A DNA stretch of 64,000 nt. Origin: an uncultured Spirochaetota bacterium. Lineage in GTDB: Bacteria; Spirochaetota; UBA4802; UBA5550. The notes under the pieces are model-generated. The model was given only the letters and a program-made list of their open reading frames with translations. It was not told the origin of the DNA and ran no database searches. Shown in pieces: positions 50,909-62,627 of this stretch (positions within the stretch are counted from its first letter, which is position 1; the number at the start of each line of letters is the position of its first letter). The translations under genes and the position numbers were made by a program. The stretch is taken from positions 160,001 to 224,000 of the forward strand of contig CAWHAA010000007.1 in assembly GCA_963827275.1 (NCBI GenBank). The letters are read 5' to 3'.

Positions 50909-53897
50909 ATGCTGCGCGCACGGTATCGAATTGAAGTATTTCACCGGGGGAGCGATCCCCGCTGTGAAGTCATGCGGAAAAAGCTTGCGGGCCTCGGGTA
51001 CCCCGTGCGCGGGGTGCACATCTCCGACAATTTCCTGATTAACGCCGATTTCGACGAGGGCCGCGCCCGCGATGTGGCCGGCCTCCTGGTGCAGCCGGTG
51101 ATACAGGATTGCCTGATCAACCGGCCCTATCGCCCCGATGATTTTGATGTGGCGCTCGAAATCGGCTTTCTCCCCGGCGTCACTGACAACGTGGCGCACA
51201 CCGTCCGGGAATCGATCGAGGACCTGCTGAAAGTCCGCCTTGACATTGAAAAATCCGTTTTTACCACGATAACCTATTTTTTTTCCGGCGACCTGACCGC
51301 CGGGGAGATCGAGAACATCGGCGCGGAGCTGCATAATCCCCTGATACAGCGGCGCAAGGCGCTCTCCGCGAAGGAGTATGACGGCGCGTCCGGCATGGGG
51401 CATGAAATACCGGTGGTGAGCATCCACGAACGACCGGAGGCCGACGAGGTGGACCTGGACGTACCGGAAGAAGAGCTGATGAAGATAGCGAAAGAAGGCC
51501 TGCCGGAGCGGGGGGGCGGCAGGCGGGGGCCGCTGGCCCTGGACATGCTCTCAATGGAAACGATCCGTGACTATTTCCTGAAAGCGGAAAAGAGAAATCC
51601 GACCGATATCGAGCTCGAGTCGATCGCCCAGACCTGGAGCGAGCACTGCAAGCATACCATCTTCGCCGCGGAGATGGATGATGATATCCCGGAGGGCGTG
51701 TTCAAGCGCTATATACGCGAGGCCACGGTGAAGATCAGGCGCGAAATGGGCGACCGCGACTTCTGCGTCTCCGTGTTCGAGGACAACTCGGGCGGCATCC
51801 GGTTCGACGACAATTACATAATTTCGGACAAGGTGGAGACCCACAACAGCCCCAGCGCCCTCGACCCGTTCGGCGGCGCGATAACCGGCATCGTGGGCGT
51901 AAACAGGGACGCGATCGGGTTCGGCATGGCCGCGAAGCCGGTCGCCAACCGGTACGGCTTCTGCTTCGCCGACCCGTCCGACCGGAAGCCCCTGTACAAG
52001 AGCAGAGACGCTTCCGGGAAAATGCTGTCGCCGCGCCGGATCATGGAGGGGGTCGTGCATGGGGTGAACGCGGGCGGCAACACCTCCGGCATCCCCACGC
52101 CGCAGGGCTTCCTCTATTTCGACGAGCGGTACAAGGGAAAGCCGCTGGTGTTCGTCGGCACGGTGGGACTCATGCCGATGTACGTGAACGGCAAGTCGTC
52201 GTGCTCGAAGCGCGCCATGCCGGGCGACGCCATCGTCATGATCGGCGGTCGCGTCGGCCGGGACGGCATACACGGCGCGACCTTCTCCTCGGAGGCGCTT
52301 TCGTCCGGGAGCCCGGCCACCGCGGTCCAGATCGGGGACCCGATCACGCAGAAAAAGCTCTCTGACGCCATCGTCAAGGAAGCGCGTGACCGCGGGCTGT
52401 ACAATTCCATAACCGATAACGGCGCCGGCGGGCTCTCCTGCTCGGTCGCCGAGATGGCGCGCGAATGCGGCGGCTTCGAGGTCGACCTTGACCGGGTGCC
52501 GCTGAAGTACCCCGGCCTCGGCCCGTGGCAGATCTGGGTCAGCGAGTCGCAGGAGCGGATGACCGCCTCCGTGCCGGATGACCGGCTGGAGGAATTCATC
52601 GCCCTGATGAACGCCCGGGGCGTTGAGGCCACCGTGATCGGCAGGTTTACCGACGGGAAGCGCGGCACCGTGCGGCACGCAGGGAAAAAGATCTTCGACC
52701 TGGACATGTCCTTCCTCCACGACGGACTCCCGCGGAAGAAGCTCCGGACGTCGTATGTGAAAAAGTCGAACCCCTACCCGGAATTTCCGGAGCCCGCCGA
52801 CCTGACCGCGGTCTTCAACGAGATGGCGGGCAGGCTGAACACGGCCAGCTTCGAGTTCGTCTCCACCCAGTATGACCACGAGGTGCAGGGAAATTCCGTC
52901 ATAAAGCCGCTGCAGGGCAGGGGCAGGGTGAACGGGAACGCCACGGTGATACGCCCCCTCCTCGACTCGTACCGGGGCGTGGTGCTCTCGCAGGGGCTCT
53001 ATCCTTCGTACGGCGATATCGACACCTACCGGATGGCCGCCTGCTCCATCGATACCGCGGTGCGCAACGCGGTCGCCGCGGGCGGACGGCTGGACTCGCT
53101 GGCGATACTGGACAATTTCTGCTGGTGCGACTCCGAACAATCCCGAGCGCCTGGGACAGCTCCGGGAGGCGGCGCGGGCCTGCTATGAGTACGCCGTGGC
53201 GTACCGGACGCCCTTCATTTCGGGCAAGGACAGCATGTTCAACGATTTCCGGGGGTATGACGAGAATTTCAACGAGGTCTTCATCTCAATCCCGCCCACG
53301 CTCCTCGTCTCCTCGATCGGGGTGGTTGACGATGTCCGCGCGTGCCAGACCATCGACTTCAAGTGTGCCGGCGACCTGGTCTACGTCGCCGGGATGACGG
53401 ATGACGAAACCGGGGGGAGCGAGTACCTGGCCTGCATGGGTGAAAAGCTTTCGGGCAGGCGCTACATCGGCGACGCGGCCCCGGGGGTATCGGCGGAAGA
53501 CAACATCAGGACCTACCGGGCGCTGGAAAACGCGCTCGCGAAGGGGCTCGTGGCGTCCAGCGCGAGCGTCGAGCGGGGCGGCCTCGGCCTCGCCCTGGCG
53601 AAGTCGGCGCTGGCGGGCATGCTCGGCGTCGCGGTCGATTGCTCGAAGGTGCCGTCACGCACGCAGAGAAATGACGCGATACTGTTCTCTGAATCGCAGG
53701 GCAGGGTCCTCCTGTCCGTGAACCCGGCGCGCCGGGCTGAATTCGAGCACGTTTTTTCCGGCGTCCCGCTCGGGCTGCTTGGCAGCGTCACCGCCGATGC
53801 GGCGGTGACGGTCACGGGAACAAAGGGAAACACGATCGTGCGCACGGATATAGATTCGCTGATGAAATCATACAGGGGCGTTTTCAAGGATTTTTAA
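50909..53897 (+). CDS. purL: FGAM synthase large subunit with PurS-like N-terminal extension (indel near 53137)
   Basis: QTWSEHCKH, KVETHNSPS, GIHGATFSS, DNGAGG, SESQERM, ISGKDS, LFSES. Confidence 0.93.
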
Positions 53898-53903
53898 CCG
53901 CAT

Positions 53904-54714
53904 ATGGCAACACCACGAGTATTGGTATTAACCGGGTACGGCATCAACTGCGACGAAGAGACCGCCTTCGCGTTCCGCGCGGCGGGCGCCGACGCGGATA
54001 TCGTGCATGTCAACGACCTGATCGCGGACCGCGCGATGATGGGCGGGTACCAGGTCTTCTCGTTCCCCGGCGGCTTCTCCTACGGCGACGATACGGGGAG
54101 CGGCAAGGCCCTGGCCAACAGGATAAAGAACAACCTGATCGACGAGGTGCGCCGCTTCGCCGAGCGCGATACCCTTATCCTGGGCATCTGCAACGGCTTC
54201 CAGGTAATGGTGAACCTGGGCCTCGTCCCGGCGCTCGCCGGCGTTGCCGAACGGGTGGAAGCGGCGCTGGAGCACAACCGGTCCTTCCGCTACCAGTGCC
54301 GGTGGGTGGACTGCGTCGTCGAAAAGAAATCGCCGTCGGTGTTCATGCGGGGGATCGACCGGCTCCATATCCCGGTGGCGCACGGCGAGGGGAACTTTTT
54401 CGCGCACGGGGACGTGCTGCGGCAGATCGAGGAGGGCGGCCTTGTCGTCATGCGCTACGCGCGGCCGGACGGCTCCCCGGCCGGAGGCGAGTTCCCCTAT
54501 CAATCCAAACGGCTCCATGAACGATATCGCCGCTGTCTGCGACAGGACGGGGCGCATCATGGGAATGATGCCCCACCCCGAGCGGGGGATGTTTTTCACC
54601 CAGCGCGATGACTGGACCCTTGCCAGGGAACGGCTCGCGCGCGAGGGCAGGGAAATGCCCGAGCAATCGGACGGGTTTACGGTGTTCCAAAATGCGGTGG
54701 AATATTTCAGGTAA
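53904..54714 (+). CDS. purQ: FGAM synthase glutaminase subunit (indel near 54500)
   Basis: [40 protein letters not shown]. Confidence 0.93.
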
Positions 54715-54849
54715 ATCCCCCGCACGGAAAAAACTCTTTGAAAAAAAACCGGGCCGGTTTACCCTTGACCGGCAACCAGCGCGGCGACGGGCCTGCAGGG
54801 TCCGCCAGCGCGCGTAACAATGACGGGACAGCAACGCTGAAGGAAGCAT

Positions 54850-55878
54850 ATGGGCCTTAATTACATACACAAATATCCCTCCCCCTCGGAGATCCTCGAG
54901 AGCCAGCCGCTCACGGTCGAACTGCAGGAGGTCAAGAAGAAGCGCGACGAGATCATCAGGAACATCTTTACCGGCGAAGACGGGCGGATGCTCGTGCTTA
55001 TCGGGCCCTGCTCGGCGCACCATGCCGAGGCGGTATACGAGTACGTATCAAGGCTCTCGAAGCTGCAGGAGCGGGTGCGGGACCGGCTGGTGCTTGTCCC
55101 GCGGATCTATACCAACAAGCCCCGGACCACCGGCAAGGGGTACAAGGGGATGCTGCACCAGCCCGACCACCGGGAAAAGCCTGACATGACCAAGGGGCTC
55201 AAGGCGATACGCGAGATGCACCTGAAGGCGCTTTCCCTGTCGCACCTGCCGGCAGCCGATGAAATGCTCTACCCGGGAAACTATCCGTACCTCGCGGACG
55301 TCCTCTCCTATGTCGCGGTCGGCGCGCGCTCCGTCGAAAACCAGGAACACCGCCTTACCGTGAGCGGCCTGGACGTCCCGGTCGGCCTTAAGAACCCGAC
55401 GTCCGGCGACCTCCGGGTCATGATAGACTCGATATACGCCGCGCAACAGCCGCACACCTTCGTCTATAACGGCTGGGAGGTGGCCACCAGCGGCAACCCG
55501 CTGGCGCACGGCGTGGTCCGGGGCGCGGTGGACCGCTACGGGAACCATTTCCCGAACTACCATTACGAGGACCTGGTGATACTGGCGGAGATGTATCTGG
55601 ACCGGTCCCTGGAGAACCCCTCGATCGTCATTGACGCTAACCATTCCAATTCCGGCAAGAAATTCCGGGAGCAACCGCGCATCGTCAACGAGGTGATGCG
55701 GAGCGTCAGGTATTCGCCTCTTCTGAAAAAAATGGTGAAAGGGTTCATGATAGAGAGCTTCCTGAAAGAAGGCTCGCAGGAGCCGTCGGGCGACGACTTC
55801 GGCAGGTCAATCACCGATCCCTGCCTCGGCTGGGAGGAGTCGGAGCGGTTCATCATGGACCTGGCGGAGTTCGAGTAG
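54850..55878 (+). CDS. DAHP synthase, class I-alpha
   Basis: IGPCS, KPRT, GARS, GLKN, DANHSNS, MIES, SITDPCLGW. Confidence 0.93.
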   Translation: MGLNYIHKYPSPSEILESQPLTVELQEVKKKRDEIIRNIFTGEDGRMLVLIGPCSAHHAEAVYEYVSRLSKLQERVRDRLVLVPRIYTNKPRTTGKGYKGMLHQPDHREKPDMTKGLKAIREMHLKALSLSHLPAADEMLYPGNYPYLADVLSYVAVGARSVENQEHRLTVSGLDVPVGLKNPTSGDLRVMIDSIYAAQQPHTFVYNGWEVATSGNPLAHGVVRGAVDRYGNHFPNYHYEDLVILAEMYLDRSLENPSIVIDANHSNSGKKFREQPRIVNEVMRSVRYSPLLKKMVKGFMIESFLKEGSQEPSGDDFGRSITDPCLGWEESERFIMDLAEFE

Positions 55879-56204
55879 AATCCCCCGGGTCCCGATCACC
55901 AGTTGCATAAGGCCCTCCAGGTCCCCCGGAGGGGGTGAATGTTATAGTCAAAAAATACTCGTATACGGGCAGGTCAATTTCAGCGTCCACGGGAGCCATT
56001 AAACGTTCAAGGCGCTCGACTTCGGCATCGTCACTGACAGAAGCATTTTTTCTGAATACATAGGTCGCCACTTCCCTGCAAGAAGGGAATTAAATTATAT
56101 TGACATAATTTTTGAAGTGTATTTACTTAGCGAAATTTTCTTCCTGACTCTGAATTTCATACAATCTTCGTTATAAATAATAGAATATAACACGCAAGGA
56201 GAGC

Positions 56205-57530
56205 ATGATGACAAAGGTCGCAATGGTGTACCCTTCGAGAGAAAATGTGCACATGGGAGAGATCATGCTGTACAACCCTCTCGCGCTCGGCTATCTCGCC
56301 CGGCATACGCCGGATAATTATACGCTGACCCTGTTCGACGAGTACGGGGGCGACGTGTTCGATCCCGACACCGTGGACGCGGACATCGTGGCCATGGCCG
56401 CCATAACCCCGGAGATCACCCGCGCCTATCACCTGGGTGACCGGCTCAAGAAGCGCGGGATTACCACCATTATCGGCGGCGCCCATGTGACCGCCCTGCC
56501 GAAAGAGGCGCTGGAGCATTACGATTGCGTGTGCGTGGGCGAGGGGGAACAGCCCTGGAAAAAATTTCTTAAAGACTTCGAGAAGGGCAAGGCCGGGGGC
56601 GAATATTTCGGGCCGATGGATGTGCCGCTGCACGACCTCGGCACGCCCCGTCGCGACATGTGCCATCCCAATTACCAGTTTCCCTCCGTGCTGACCTCCC
56701 GCGGCTGTCCGTACAGTTGTTCATTCTGCTACCTCACCGTGTTCCCGCAGCGTAAATACCGGACAATACCGCACGATACCATCCTTGAGGACTTTGATGC
56801 GGTGAAAGGCAGCTATGCGGTCATACTCGTGGACGAGAACTTTATAGGCTATTCGGAAGCGGAGCGGGAAGACCGGAAGATACTCCTTGAAAAAATGATC
56901 AAAAAAAACTACAAGTTCGTGTGGGGGTGCCAGACCACCACCACCATCGCCACGGACCCGGAATTGATGAAGCTCATGTACCGGGCGGGGTGCAGGGCCG
57001 TGTTCGTCGGGTTCGAGTCCATTGACGAGGAAAGTCTGAAGCTGGTGCGCAAGAACCACAACATCGGCCTGGATTACAGGGAGATCGTCGCGCGGCTCCA
57101 TGATAACAATATCGCCGTGATCGCCTCTACGATCCTCGGCCTGGATTCTCACGGCAAAGACTATCCCCGGAAGCTTATAGCCGCCCTCCGGAGGTCCCGG
57201 GCCGATTTCCCGCGCGTGTTTTTCGCCACCCCGTGGCCGGGCACGCCCTTTTTCAAGGAGATGGAAGCGGAGGGAAGGGTAAGCCGCAACTGGGACGAGG
57301 TGCGGAAAGACGTGCCATCCCTCAGGTTCAAGCATTTTACGAAGGAAGAGGCAATTGCCGCCCGGAAGCAGATACAGGACGCTTTTTTCAATATCGGAAA
57401 TATTATAAGGATGGTTCTCCGCTGGACCTTTAAAGACCGCTCCCTGATGAAGCTGTATCTCAACATGGTGGTGGGGTACCGCATCAGGGATTACAAAAAA
57501 AAGCGCCGCCAGAAGGCGGCGCAGGGATAA
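56205..57530 (+). CDS. B12-binding radical SAM protein
   Basis: PLALGYLA, GGAHVT, GEGE, TSRGCPYSCSFC, VDENF, GFES, TPWPGT. Confidence 0.9.
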   Translation: MMTKVAMVYPSRENVHMGEIMLYNPLALGYLARHTPDNYTLTLFDEYGGDVFDPDTVDADIVAMAAITPEITRAYHLGDRLKKRGITTIIGGAHVTALPKEALEHYDCVCVGEGEQPWKKFLKDFEKGKAGGEYFGPMDVPLHDLGTPRRDMCHPNYQFPSVLTSRGCPYSCSFCYLTVFPQRKYRTIPHDTILEDFDAVKGSYAVILVDENFIGYSEAEREDRKILLEKMIKKNYKFVWGCQTTTTIATDPELMKLMYRAGCRAVFVGFESIDEESLKLVRKNHNIGLDYREIVARLHDNNIAVIASTILGLDSHGKDYPRKLIAALRRSRADFPRVFFATPWPGTPFFKEMEAEGRVSRNWDEVRKDVPSLRFKHFTKEEAIAARKQIQDAFFNIGNIIRMVLRWTFKDRSLMKLYLNMVVGYRIRDYKKKRRQKAAQG

Positions 57531-57671
57531 AACGAGAAATTTTTAAAAAATGCAACGAAAGCCAACCCGCGGAATAGTAGATCAGCGGTTAGCGTTATTT
57601 GCATGAGAATTTTAAGAATTATTGGAAGAAATCAAGCATCATGCCCCCCTCGGGGGACAGGGACGGCTGGA

Positions 57672-58298
57672 TTAGAGCAGCGCGACGATATCCGCGAATA
57701 TGCTCTCCGCGTCCCGCGCGCCATTGATGGTATGCAGGAGCCCCGCCTTCCGGTAAAAATCGAGCACCGGCCTCGTTTCCCCGTTATAGACGCGTATGCG
57801 GTTCTGGATCGTCGTCTCGTTGTCGTCCTGCCGGTGGAAGAGCGGACCGCCGCACGCGTCGCAGGTGTTTTCGGTCCGCGGCGGCCTGTTCGTAACGTGG
57901 TAGATGCTGTTGCACTTCGTGCAGATGCGCCTGCCGGATATGCGCTCGATGATTTCCTTTTCCGGCACGTCGATCAGCAGCGCCGCGTCGATGGCGTGCC
58001 GTTCCGATAGCTTTTCCGCCTGGTAGAGCGTGCGGGGAAACCCGTCGAGGATGAACCCGTCCGGACAATTGCGGCCGAGGTGGTCGAGGATGACCTCGGT
58101 TATCAGCTCGGCCGGGCCTATCTCGCCCCGGTCCATGTACTGCTTGATTTTATTTCCGAACTCGGTCCCGGCAGCGACCTGTGCGCGCAGGACATCGCCC
58201 GACGAGAGGTGGGGTATGCCGAACCTGTCCCTGAGCCTGGACGCCTGTGTCCCCTTGCCGGACCCGGGCGGGCCGATGAGCACCAGCTTCACCGGCAT
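57672..58298 (-). CDS. adk: Adenylate kinase (Zn-binding LID)
   Basis: GPPGSGKGTQA, LDGFPRT, CTKC..CDAC, RQDD. Confidence 0.95.
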   Translation of the reverse strand: MPVKLVLIGPPGSGKGTQASRLRDRFGIPHLSSGDVLRAQVAAGTEFGNKIKQYMDRGEIGPAELITEVILDHLGRNCPDGFILDGFPRTLYQAEKLSERHAIDAALLIDVPEKEIIERISGRRICTKCNSIYHVTNRPPRTENTCDACGGPLFHRQDDNETTIQNRIRVYNGETRPVLDFYRKAGLLHTINGARDAESIFADIVALL

Positions 58299-59001
58299 CA
58301 GTCGAATTTCTTCTCTTCAATTTTGCCGGTCCTGTCGAAGTACGACCAGGTCCCGGTCTTTTCATCATCCCTGTACATGCCTTTGGATATCAGCATGCCG
58401 GTCTCATCGAAATGCTCCCAGATCCCGTTCTTCTTGCCGTTGACGTAACGCCCCATGGCCTGGCGCTTGCCGTTGGGTAGAAGTTCGATGATACGCCGTT
58501 CCTTACCCCGTTTTGAAAATAGGAATTTTCTTTCGTGTTCCCGTTGTCATAATATTCAAATGACTTCCCGTTTTTGACGCCGTCCTTGTAATATTCCTCA
58601 ATCTTTCCTATCCCCGATTCGTGGTAGGTCATGTACCTGCCGTTCCGTACGCCGTTTTTATAATCGGTCTCTGTCATCAGTCTGCCTGACGGGAAAAATT
58701 CCTTCAGCTTGCCGTCGATCAGGTCGTCCTTGAACGTCACTTCAGCCATGACCTTGCTGCCGCCTGTTCCCCTGAAATAGAGCTTCCAGGGGCCGTTCTT
58801 CCTGCCGGCTGCAACCGGCCCTTCGGCCATGAGGGACTTGTCCGGCCAGTAGGCTTTGTATATATTCCCCGAGAGAGGACCGGTTATTTTTATGTTCTGC
58901 GCCAGGTCCGGGGTGTTTCTTCTTATATTTTGCTCTGACCCCATGCAGCCGAGCGCCAGCATGATAGAGCAGGACATTGCTATGATTCCATTTTTACGCA
59001 T
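58298..59001 (-). CDS. MORN-variant / YwqK-like repeat lipoprotein (indel near 58475)
   Basis: LALGC lipobox. Repeated YKNGVRNG/YKDGVKNG/FQNGVRNG. Shifted tail ends TGA overlapping the adk ATG. Confidence 0.8.
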
Positions 59002-59242
59002 ATAATGACGTCTCCTGATAAAAATTGTGCAATATTGAGTAAATCCGGATAATTATGATATCCGATCATGCGAAAATAGTGATTTTTGAAACAAAAATCG
59101 TATTTTCCAGGGGATTTTTATCCGAAAATAAAAAGAGAGTTAGAATTGACTATCTTTGTAATGTTAAAGCGATTAGTCAAATATTTTTTTGGCGTATAAC
59201 GTAATCAGACGGCGTGTAATATCTGTACAGGGGTGAACGATT

Positions 59243-60037
59243 ATGATGAGATCATTGTGGACCGCGGCTTCGGGAATGGTGGGACAGCAATTCAATATTG
59301 ATACCATTTCGAATAACCTCGCGAACGTTAATACCACCGGCTTTAAAAAGATGCGGGCCGAATTCGAGGACCTGATCTACCAGACGCTGCTCATGGCCGG
59401 CACTCCGGCGACCGAAGTCAGCGAGGTCCCCACCGGCATCCAGGTCGGACACGGAGTTAAGGTCTCCGCGACCCAGAAGATGTTTTCACAGGGTTCGCTC
59501 CAGAGCACCGAAAACAAGCTCGATCTCGCGCTCGAGGGCGAGGGCTTTTTCAAGATCCAGCTTTATGACGGCACCTTCTCGTACACGCGCGACGGGTCAT
59601 TCAAGATCGATTCGAACCGCCAGGTGGTGACCGCGAACGGGTACCTGCTCGAGCCCCCGCTGGTGCTGCCGGAGAACTTCATAGCGGAGAGCCTGGCCAT
59701 CAGCCAGACCGGCAAGGTGACGGTCAAGGTGGTGGGCGAGGAAGACCCGGTCGAGGTGGGCCAGATTGAAATATACCGCTTCATCAACCCCGCCGGCCTG
59801 CAGAGCATCGGCGGCAACCTGTTCAAGACGACCCCCGCGTCGGGCGAGGAGATCCCGGGGATGCCCGGCATCGACGGGATGGCCAAGACGCACCAGGGCT
59901 TCCTCGAAATGTCCAACGTAAAGATCGTCGAGGAGATGGTGAACATGATCGTGGCGCAGCGCGCCTACGAGGTGAACTCCAAGGCGATTCAGACGTCGGA
60001 TTCAATGCTGGGGACCGCGATAGGATTGAAGCGGTGA
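59243..60037 (+). CDS. flgG: Flagellar distal rod protein
   Basis: MMRSLWTAASGM..ISNNLANVNT, YTRDGSF, LEMSNV..VEEMV.MI.AQRAYE. Confidence 0.97.
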   Translation: MMRSLWTAASGMVGQQFNIDTISNNLANVNTTGFKKMRAEFEDLIYQTLLMAGTPATEVSEVPTGIQVGHGVKVSATQKMFSQGSLQSTENKLDLALEGEGFFKIQLYDGTFSYTRDGSFKIDSNRQVVTANGYLLEPPLVLPENFIAESLAISQTGKVTVKVVGEEDPVEVGQIEIYRFINPAGLQSIGGNLFKTTPASGEEIPGMPGIDGMAKTHQGFLEMSNVKIVEEMVNMIVAQRAYEVNSKAIQTSDSMLGTAIGLKR

Positions 60038-60549
60038 TGAAGGCACGTTTCTGCGCTATCCTCGTAGCCGTTCTTTCCTGCGCGGCAAGCGCCGCTGAGG
60101 TGGGTCTGTACCTGTACCCGAAGGCTGAACGGGGAAACGCTCCCCTCACGATATCTGACATAGCACAGGTTGAAACCGACGGGGAGACCGCTTCCCGGGT
60201 AGGCGCGGTCGGCATCGATGACGCGCTCTATGCCGACGGATACCTGGATTCAAAGGAAATTTCTGATTGCATACGGGAACATGCCGGCGGGCGGATCACG
60301 GTATACGGGAGCGGCGTGCGCATCGTGCGGACTGCCGGCGTGACGCTTGCGGCTGAGGCCCCGCGCCGCATCGTCAGGGCGGGGAGCCCGGTGCGGTTCC
60401 AGGTCGTCAATGCCCGTATCACCGTGGAACGGGCGGGAACGGCCATGCAGGACGGCGCCGCGGGCGACATGATCCCGGTGAAACTGAAGGGCGCCACGGT
60501 AGTGCGGGGCGTTATTTTGAATGAACGGACGGTCGAACTGAAATTATGA
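60034..60549 (+). CDS. flgA: FlgA-like P-ring chaperone (short, divergent)
   Basis: Signal peptide; C-terminal G.AMQDGAAGDMIPV; located between flgG and flgH. Confidence 0.65.
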   Translation: MMKARFCAILVAVLSCAASAAEVGLYLYPKAERGNAPLTISDIAQVETDGETASRVGAVGIDDALYADGYLDSKEISDCIREHAGGRITVYGSGVRIVRTAGVTLAAEAPRRIVRAGSPVRFQVVNARITVERAGTAMQDGAAGDMIPVKLKGATVVRGVILNERTVELKL

Positions 60550-61172
60550 AAAAGGCATTTATCGCATACGCGCTCCTCATCGCCCTCGGGTGCATGCTGA
60601 ACGCGAAGACAATATGGCGCGACCGGAACCCCTACGCGGCTGACCAGGACCTGCGCGCGGGGACGGTCATTGTCGTGAATGTCAACGATATCTCCGAGAT
60701 GCGGTTCAACCTCACGATGAGCGACAAGAGCAATTCCGCGGTATCATCGAACCCGGACATGGCCATCACCGGCTTCCTCCCGCGGGTTGCGGCCGACCGG
60801 AGAATTGTCAGTGACGACGGCACGCAATTCGCAATGAAGGGCAGGGCGTCCTTTTCCATCGCCACGCGCGTGCTCAGGAGGGTGGGCCCCATGGTCAGCG
60901 TGGCCGGGAGCCGCACCTACACCTTCAACGGGGTGACCGACATCGTCACCGTTACCGGCCTCGTGGACCCCGCCATGATCAAGGGACGCTCCGTCGATTC
61001 GGGAAACGTGGCGGATTTTACCATGGAGATACGCGGCCTGAAGCAGGGGATCAACATACAGCGGCCGGCGCTCAAAAAGGACGAGGCGGCGAACGCCAGC
61101 CTGACGGAAGAGGAAAAACAGCGGATCATCATAGATTATCTGAAAAAGATGCTCGGGGAGCTTACGCGGTAA
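60546..61172 (+). CDS. flgH: Flagellar L-ring protein (divergent)
   Basis: GTVIVVNVND, VAGSR...NG, VTGLVDP..I..VDS..VAD pattern; gene order. Confidence 0.7.
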   Translation: MKKAFIAYALLIALGCMLNAKTIWRDRNPYAADQDLRAGTVIVVNVNDISEMRFNLTMSDKSNSAVSSNPDMAITGFLPRVAADRRIVSDDGTQFAMKGRASFSIATRVLRRVGPMVSVAGSRTYTFNGVTDIVTVTGLVDPAMIKGRSVDSGNVADFTMEIRGLKQGINIQRPALKKDEAANASLTEEEKQRIIIDYLKKMLGELTR

Positions 61173-61176
61173 CGTC

Positions 61177-62199
61177 ATGAAGAAATACGCAATAATAACG
61201 CTTCTGCTCCTGGCGCTTGCATGGAGCGCGCGGGGGGGCGCGGAAGTTTCGGTCAAGGTGAAGGACCTGTCATATATCGACGGCCTCAAGGAGAACCAGA
61301 TCTACGGCTACGGCCTGGTGGTGGGCCTTGCCGGGACCGGTGACACAAAGAAGTCCCCCATTACGAAATCATCGCTTAAAAATCTGTTAAAGAACCTCGG
61401 GATGGAAGGTGACGATATCACCTCGGCGAACACCGCCGCGGTGCTGGTCACGGCGAAGCTCCCGGCGTTCGTGCGCGTCGGCGACCGGGTCGACGTCACG
61501 GTATCCTCGATAGGGGACGCCAAGTCGCTCGAGGGGGGGATCCTCGCGCAGTCGCCGCTGCGCGGCGCCGACAATGCCGTCTATGCCGTCGCCCAGGGCA
61601 CCCTCGCGGTGCCGCGGATCAAAAACGACCGGAGGGCCGTCCGCACGGTAGGCCAGATCAGCTGCGGCGCCGTGGTGGAGCGCGAAATACACCCGGAGAT
61701 CGTGTTCCGCGACAGGGACGACGAGCAGAAGCGCTTCATCTTCATTGTGCTCAAGGAATGGGACTACACCGTGGGGAACAGCATCATCAAGGCGGTGGCG
61801 GGCAAGTATCCCGAGTCGAGCCCGGTGCTGGCCAGCGGCGGGAGGATCCAGGTGCGCCTCATTGACAGCGTGAGCATACCGGAATTCATATCAACAATTG
61901 AAAATATCGAGATAACCCCGGCATACCGGGCGAAGGTCGTGGTGAACGAGCGTGACGGCACCATCGTTACCGGCGGCGAGGTGAAGCTGTCCGCCGCGAT
62001 GGTGAGCAGGGAAGGGCTCACCGTGGAGATCAGGGACACCGGGAAGAAGGTGTCGGCCGCGGAGCTGCGCGATTCCGCCACGGTGAAGGACCTCGTGGAA
62101 TCGCTGAACGCGACCGGCGCGACCACGGCGGACATCATATCCATACTGAAGGCGCTGGAAACCTCCGGCGCGCTCCATGCCGAATTAATAGTGAGGTGA
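61177..62199 (+). CDS. flgI: Flagellar P-ring protein
   Basis: NQIYGYGLVVGLAGTGD, VSSIGDAKSLEGG, VVNERDGTIV, GALHAEL. Confidence 0.95.
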   Translation: MKKYAIITLLLLALAWSARGGAEVSVKVKDLSYIDGLKENQIYGYGLVVGLAGTGDTKKSPITKSSLKNLLKNLGMEGDDITSANTAAVLVTAKLPAFVRVGDRVDVTVSSIGDAKSLEGGILAQSPLRGADNAVYAVAQGTLAVPRIKNDRRAVRTVGQISCGAVVEREIHPEIVFRDRDDEQKRFIFIVLKEWDYTVGNSIIKAVAGKYPESSPVLASGGRIQVRLIDSVSIPEFISTIENIEITPAYRAKVVVNERDGTIVTGGEVKLSAAMVSREGLTVEIRDTGKKVSAAELRDSATVKDLVESLNATGATTADIISILKALETSGALHAELIVR

Positions 62200-62204
62200 C
62201 ATGC

Positions 62205-62618
62205 ATGACTGCACAGGGAACCACTCCGCTTTCAGGGACACCGCTCAACGACGTTGATTTCGCGTCACGGCTGGTCCGCGTACCGAAGGGGGCCGGGTCG
62301 CCGGGGGGACCGGCGGCGGGATCCTTCAAGAAAGTCCTTGCCGAGACCATTAATGGCGGCGGCGCTCCCCGGTCAACCGCCGGGGCGAAACAGGACAAGC
62401 GGCTCTGGGACGCCTGCATAGAGATGGAGTCGATCCTTGTCGGGAAGATGCTCAAGGAGATGCGGAAAACGGTGAACAAGAGCGGCTGGCTGAACGGCGG
62501 CTTCGCCGAGGAGATATTCGAGGACATGCTCTACGATGAATACGCCATGAACATGTCGCGCAACTCGAACCTGGGCATGGCGAAGATGCTGTACGAAGAA
62601 TTGAAGAGAAAGGTATAG
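62205..62618 (+). CDS. flgJ: Rod-binding FlgJ without muramidase domain
   Basis: MESILVGKMLKEMRKTV..EEIFEDMLYDEYA..LGMAKMLY. Confidence 0.85.
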   Translation: MTAQGTTPLSGTPLNDVDFASRLVRVPKGAGSPGGPAAGSFKKVLAETINGGGAPRSTAGAKQDKRLWDACIEMESILVGKMLKEMRKTVNKSGWLNGGFAEEIFEDMLYDEYAMNMSRNSNLGMAKMLYEELKRKV

Positions 62619-62627
62619 CGCGCCGCG

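Noticed and set aside
55853..56071. 72-aa minus-strand ORF
   Set aside because: Overlaps the DAHP synthase end and has no recognisable motif; cannot be supported.
423..59001. Frameshifts in uvrA, VWA and MotA-like genes, rsmH, murC, ftsA, ftsZ, the esterase, purL, purQ and the MORN gene as pseudogenes or programmed frameshifts
   Set aside because: They hit essential genes, motifs are intact on both sides, and some compensate each other. Sequencing or assembly indels are the simplest explanation; read polishing would settle it.
58298..59001. YwqK-like protein as the antitoxin of a toxin-antitoxin pair
   Set aside because: No adjacent toxin; it is a lipoprotein coupled to adk.
59146..59181. 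TTGACTA...TAGTCAA inverted repeat upstream of flgG as an operator
   Set aside because: Equally explained by -35 boxes of overlapping divergent promoters.
62205..62618. FlgJ lacking a muramidase domain as a truncation
   Set aside because: Single-domain FlgJ is normal in spirochaetes.
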